From positions 62,001 through 126,000 of the forward strand of contig JYFJ02000049.1 of the NCBI GenBank assembly GCA_000934665.2: a stretch of 64,000 bases of DNA, given 5' to 3'. Origin of the DNA: Catajapyx aquilonaris. Lineage: Eukaryota. The position numbers and the translations under genes were made by a program. A model generated the notes under the pieces. That model searched no databases. It saw only the letters and a program-made list of their open reading frames with translations, and was not told the origin of the DNA. This document shows, in pieces, positions 59,837 through 64,000 of the stretch; position 1 is the first letter of the stretch, and each line of letters starts with the position of its first letter.

Positions 59837-62800
59837 GTTTGCACAACGGTTGCATCGTTTTTTTCGAGCGAGATCTGCAAATATTGCATGGCCTAATGCT
59901 CAAAGGGCTTGACAATTCCCATCGGGAACATGGCCGTATATAACCAGGAGTATGTACAACATAATGGGATTTCATATTTATGAATGTGCAACGCAACGTC
60001 CTAGCAGCCAAAATTTTTATTACCATATTCAAAACCGGGAACAATTTAATCCAGTGGTGGAGAAAAACAGTACTTGCGTTCGTATACGTTCACAATACCC
60101 TAATATATTATATGTAGCGAGAGAAAAAAAATGTGTTTTTTTTTTTGCTTCACTGTTCCAGTTCGAAGCCATTTCCAGAACGTTTCTCTCCGCTGCTTAA
60201 TATTAATGAGAGAGTACTTCGCTTTTTTCCGCTGGATGGGTGGCGGCTTCAAAGTAGTGTCTAGAAGCAAAACACAATCGAAAGACAAATGGAATATTAA
60301 ACCGCTATGCACCTGCCAGGGCTTTACGCTTCCCTCCTCCCGGAATTTGCCTGCAAAAGGAGAAACTCGTTCCGGAAGCGTGGAAAATTGACTGACAAAC
60401 GAGTTGCTGCCGTACCAGATGAAAAGCAAACACACCGCAGCTGCTGACTTCTCAGACTAGACGCCGCACTCTGCATCGTGACCCCTCCGGCTCCCCTCAG
60501 AAAGATGTGATTTTCCCTTACATACATATAGTCCAGCAGGAAATGTACGGTGGTCAACCGGACTACGAGTCAGGATCGGTTTCCCATTTTGCCTTAAAAT
60601 TTCCGGTAATAGATCAGGCGCTCAATTGGAAGGCAAAGCTTTGGTCATCGACCAGACCGATGGGTGCCTCTGGACCCATGGGGAGTCTGGCCAACTCTCT
60701 TCTTTTTTCCCTCTGCTGGTCTCTTTCCTATATATAACCGCCGCCAACGTTTCCTCTCGAGCAAACCGCTCTCGTGAACTAATGGAAGCGGAAGGCCAAA
60801 ATCCACAGCAGCTCAGATGCAGGATTCGTTCAACTTGCTCGTCGCACAAAAACAAAAGGGCTAGTGTCACGTGTACAAACAAAAATAGGGGCGTCACAAT
60901 TCATTTCTGACCCGAGACGAGACTAAATTCGGTTTCATCTGTACTTGGGTCACGTTTTATCCTTGCATGATGCAACCCTTAGACTGTACCAGGATGAACA
61001 GAGCAATATTTGCAGAATATTATTACAAGAAAGTCTACTCTGTTGACAGTATCAGCTGTAATTCTAGCCGAAGTATAGATGACTCCATATTTTGGTTCCC
61101 TGATGCCGTGTTTTTAAGCAACTGTAAAGCGCAAGGTATGCCTGCGGGATACATGAAACCATTAGGCGAGTCGTAAACAGCGTCAGATACAGAGCCCTTT
61201 CCGCACCAAATTACCCCCCTAACCCCCTCTATCAACTTACACACAGAGGCAGCAGCCATATAAAAGGAGGACGTACTCAATTTAGATAGGCATAAGTTGT
61301 GGGCGACAGGTCAGCCCATGCGGGGACTGCTCCAAAATGAATGGAAAATCCGTGCAGCATCCCATATAGATCCAGCCCAAAAAACCGGGGGAGCAAATTC
61401 CCCATTGCGTTCCATCTTTGATGAGAATCCGGGGCTTCAAGAGTCGCTCCAATTCCCATTGACAAATGAAACAGGGTCCCGGGAGAGTGTCTGCCTGCGG
61501 ATCCATGCACGGGAACTCATGATGACACACAGGCGTCATGGACGCCCCACCAAAAACACGCCTGGGAATTCATTGCTTGGACAAGCCATCAAAGCTGATT
61601 ATTGTAAATTATCGATGCCAAATCGCACGGTTAATTCGTGTACACACCAAGTGCTCGGATCTGGACCGAAATGTGGCTTAATCTCCATTCGCCCGCAGGG
61701 GAAATATCGGGGATCGGGATTTTGTATACGGATTGGAGCACACACACAAAAAAACCCTCGATAATGACGGTCTCAATCTAAACGGCCGCCATTTCCCAGG
61801 TTATTACTAGTTGTTAATGGAACCCGAGCGGATGCCTAAAACAGGTGTGATCAGATTTTGAGTCAGTTTTGTAGGTCGTCATCATTTATCATCTGCCATC
61901 ACCACATTTCCCTCTGAAAGCATGTGACAAAACTCACACAGGCAGCCTGAAAATGTGGTTGAATCTGAGAGTCACACATGACACTGGAAATACGTATTTA
62001 TCTGACTGAAAATGCGTAACGAAAGTACCATTGTTTTCTAATAGTAAATCAGCAATTAAACTTTCCACTTTCGAGGACCCCTGGAGACAGGTTGAAGGCC
62101 GATGACCTAGCAGTGGTCCATCATGCTCATATCTGTCACGATGACGTAACCCAAAGTGCGAAAAGGCCCTCGTTAGCGTATGTGAAATATAGTCTCAGGA
62201 CGGGCATCGACTTACCACCTGGAAACAGTTACTCCCACATAATTTCGGACCCCAAAAAGCTGCCGCCCCTGCTTCGACTTACATAATAAAATGCTGTAAT
62301 CTGAGAACTGGCCTCGCGGGAGGATGGGGCATGAACACACACACACACCAAAAAAAAGTGAGCTGGGCCGGAGAAAAGAATCTAGTTGGGGAGCAGCGTG
62401 GGTAAGTACACACCGAGGCGGCGCAGTTAATTGGAAGCCGTCCTTTTTCCTTCCCTCTTCCTTCCCCCTCCGCGCCATTCCTGCTACTATTTTTCTTCAT
62501 TAAATTCCTTGTGGAGCGGAACTCCTCGGCCCAAGTTTCCATTAAGGCCGCCTTCTCTCTCCGGTAGCAAAAGGCTCGCATAAACGCAATTTGGGTGTCG
62601 CCAAGGAGGAGACTCGGTTTGTCTCTCTCCCTGGATGCTGCTAGCTGGTAAAGGAACCAAGCCAAGGACTCCACCCACCCGGCACTCCCAATGTTGCCCG
62701 AATCTGTTCCTCTTCGACGGCTCCTTTGTAAGCTTCGTGCCAATTTGAGAAACCCAACTGATGCCAAACAACCTGGGAATCAGCTGATGAGGAAAAACCA

Positions 62801-63703
62801 CGGGCTGCGTGTTCTTATCTCCGCCAAAATGCTCCAACACCAATTTTGTCGTTCCTACGCTTTTAACTAATGAATTAAAATCTAAAATTTTAGCCCAAAA
62901 TTATTGCATGCCCACTCAAGCACTACCGCAAATAGCCAGATAAATAATCGGGTGGGAAAAAAAGCAAGGCGCGAGTATATTTATTTTTGTCGGTTTCCAA
63001 GGCCACACCTTTATCAAAAAGTCAGGCACGGACAAGCTGCGATCCAAGAGTTACGAGCCGCAAGGGCATTTTCGTGTACAATTCCGACCCATTCCAAGAA
63101 TAGGCGCGTTTGGACATTCGTGCCGGTTCCACGAGCATAATGTCGCCTGTTTGGGGTAGTAGCCAGAGTATAGCCACAGCAGGGCAAGGTGGCTGCATTA
63201 GCAAGGTGAAATACGACTGCACCCGACTTTTTGCGCTAATCACTCTGGTGGATCTCACTCGGTTTGTGTCCTAGACTCAGGGAACCCAGGAGAGGAATGG
63301 GCGAACGCGGATAGAAAAATGGGAAAAGCATGTGTGGCGTGCAGCATGCACATGTGGCCTTCATGCACGGGTCCCCCAAAATTTTATAGCCAATATTTTA
63401 TACGTTTTATTCCCATGGCCCACCACCCAGGGTGGGCCGCAGAACAAGAAAATACGCGGCCCATAAAGTGGGCAGTTATGCTGTCCGAATGCATTGCGAT
63501 CCGGGCCTGATTTCCTGCGTGTCTGCGGACTCTATCTCACACCGGGCCCCCCCAAGGTAATCGCCTATAAACTCCTTTATGGCCCGCAGACACTGCGCCA
63601 AAGTTTTCACGATATCAGTTCAATGGATTTATTCTGTCGGGGAGATTGGGCACACGCCACCCCTGACAGTCGCTCAGTACAGTTGCTCCTGACTCAATAC
63701 ATT

Positions 63704-63718
63704 GTGGTTCACCCTGTA
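63704..63718 (-). mobile_element. Solo Tc1/mariner-type terminus
   Basis: Reverse complement TACAGGGTGAACCAC. Confidence 0.35.
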
Positions 63719-64000
63719 CATCGATTTGTGCTTACCAAAACTACCGTGGTCTCAGGTTTCCAGTGCAATGCACGTGATTTTTTTACAGTCTAAATTATAC
63801 CGGATGCAACATTGTAAAAACAAAATCTCCATTAATTTGGATGCTTGCAACCGCATTTGTGCACCGCCTATTATTAATGCGGATCAAAATAGTAACAAGA
63901 TAATAGGATAGCGTGGCCTCCGGCTGCAGATACAAAGCCCTGGGAAAATTTTCTAAACTTCCCTCCCAAAAGCACAAACTCTGAAAGGCCATTGTACACT

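Larger units (their letters stand above)
1..64000. other. Non-coding eukaryotic DNA, probably the interior of a very long intron of a minus-strand gene
   Basis: No ORF >237 aa in 64 kb and none with a recognisable domain. Abundant homopolymers, microsatellites and TAAT motifs. Two recursive-splice-site-like elements, both on the minus strand. Confidence 0.75.

Noticed and set aside
59828..59850. ACCCTGTAG resembling the miR-10/miR-993 5' end (also a miR-92-like 12-mer at 6541)
   Set aside because: Matches stop after 9-12 nt with no precursor hairpin; 59828 is better explained as a mariner-type end.

Overview
This 64-kb window reads as non-coding animal DNA, most plausibly arthropod (inferred from motif and transposon-end content; the species cannot be named). 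No ORF in the six-frame track (longest 237 aa) resembles a protein family I recognise, and I see no rRNA, intact tRNA, CRISPR array or known microRNA. The strongest signal is two candidate recursive splice sites on the minus strand, at 35990/35989 and 6785/6784, about 29 kb apart. Each has a branch point, a polypyrimidine tract and CAG fused directly to a GTRAG donor, followed by a second donor 43 or 60 nt downstream. This implies the window lies in a very long intron of a minus-strand gene that is removed stepwise. Also present are a ~375-bp CGATA/TATCGATA-saturated palindromic repeat (45791-46165), a dispersed family of TA-CAGGGTG Tc1/mariner-type ends and MITE-like relics, a perfect IR1 ecdysone-response-type palindrome (57267-57279), at least 19 POU octamers, a decayed tRNA/SINE-like head and a possible hAT transposase fossil. 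All calls come from reading the sequence by eye; counts are minimum manual counts and chance expectations are rough estimates.
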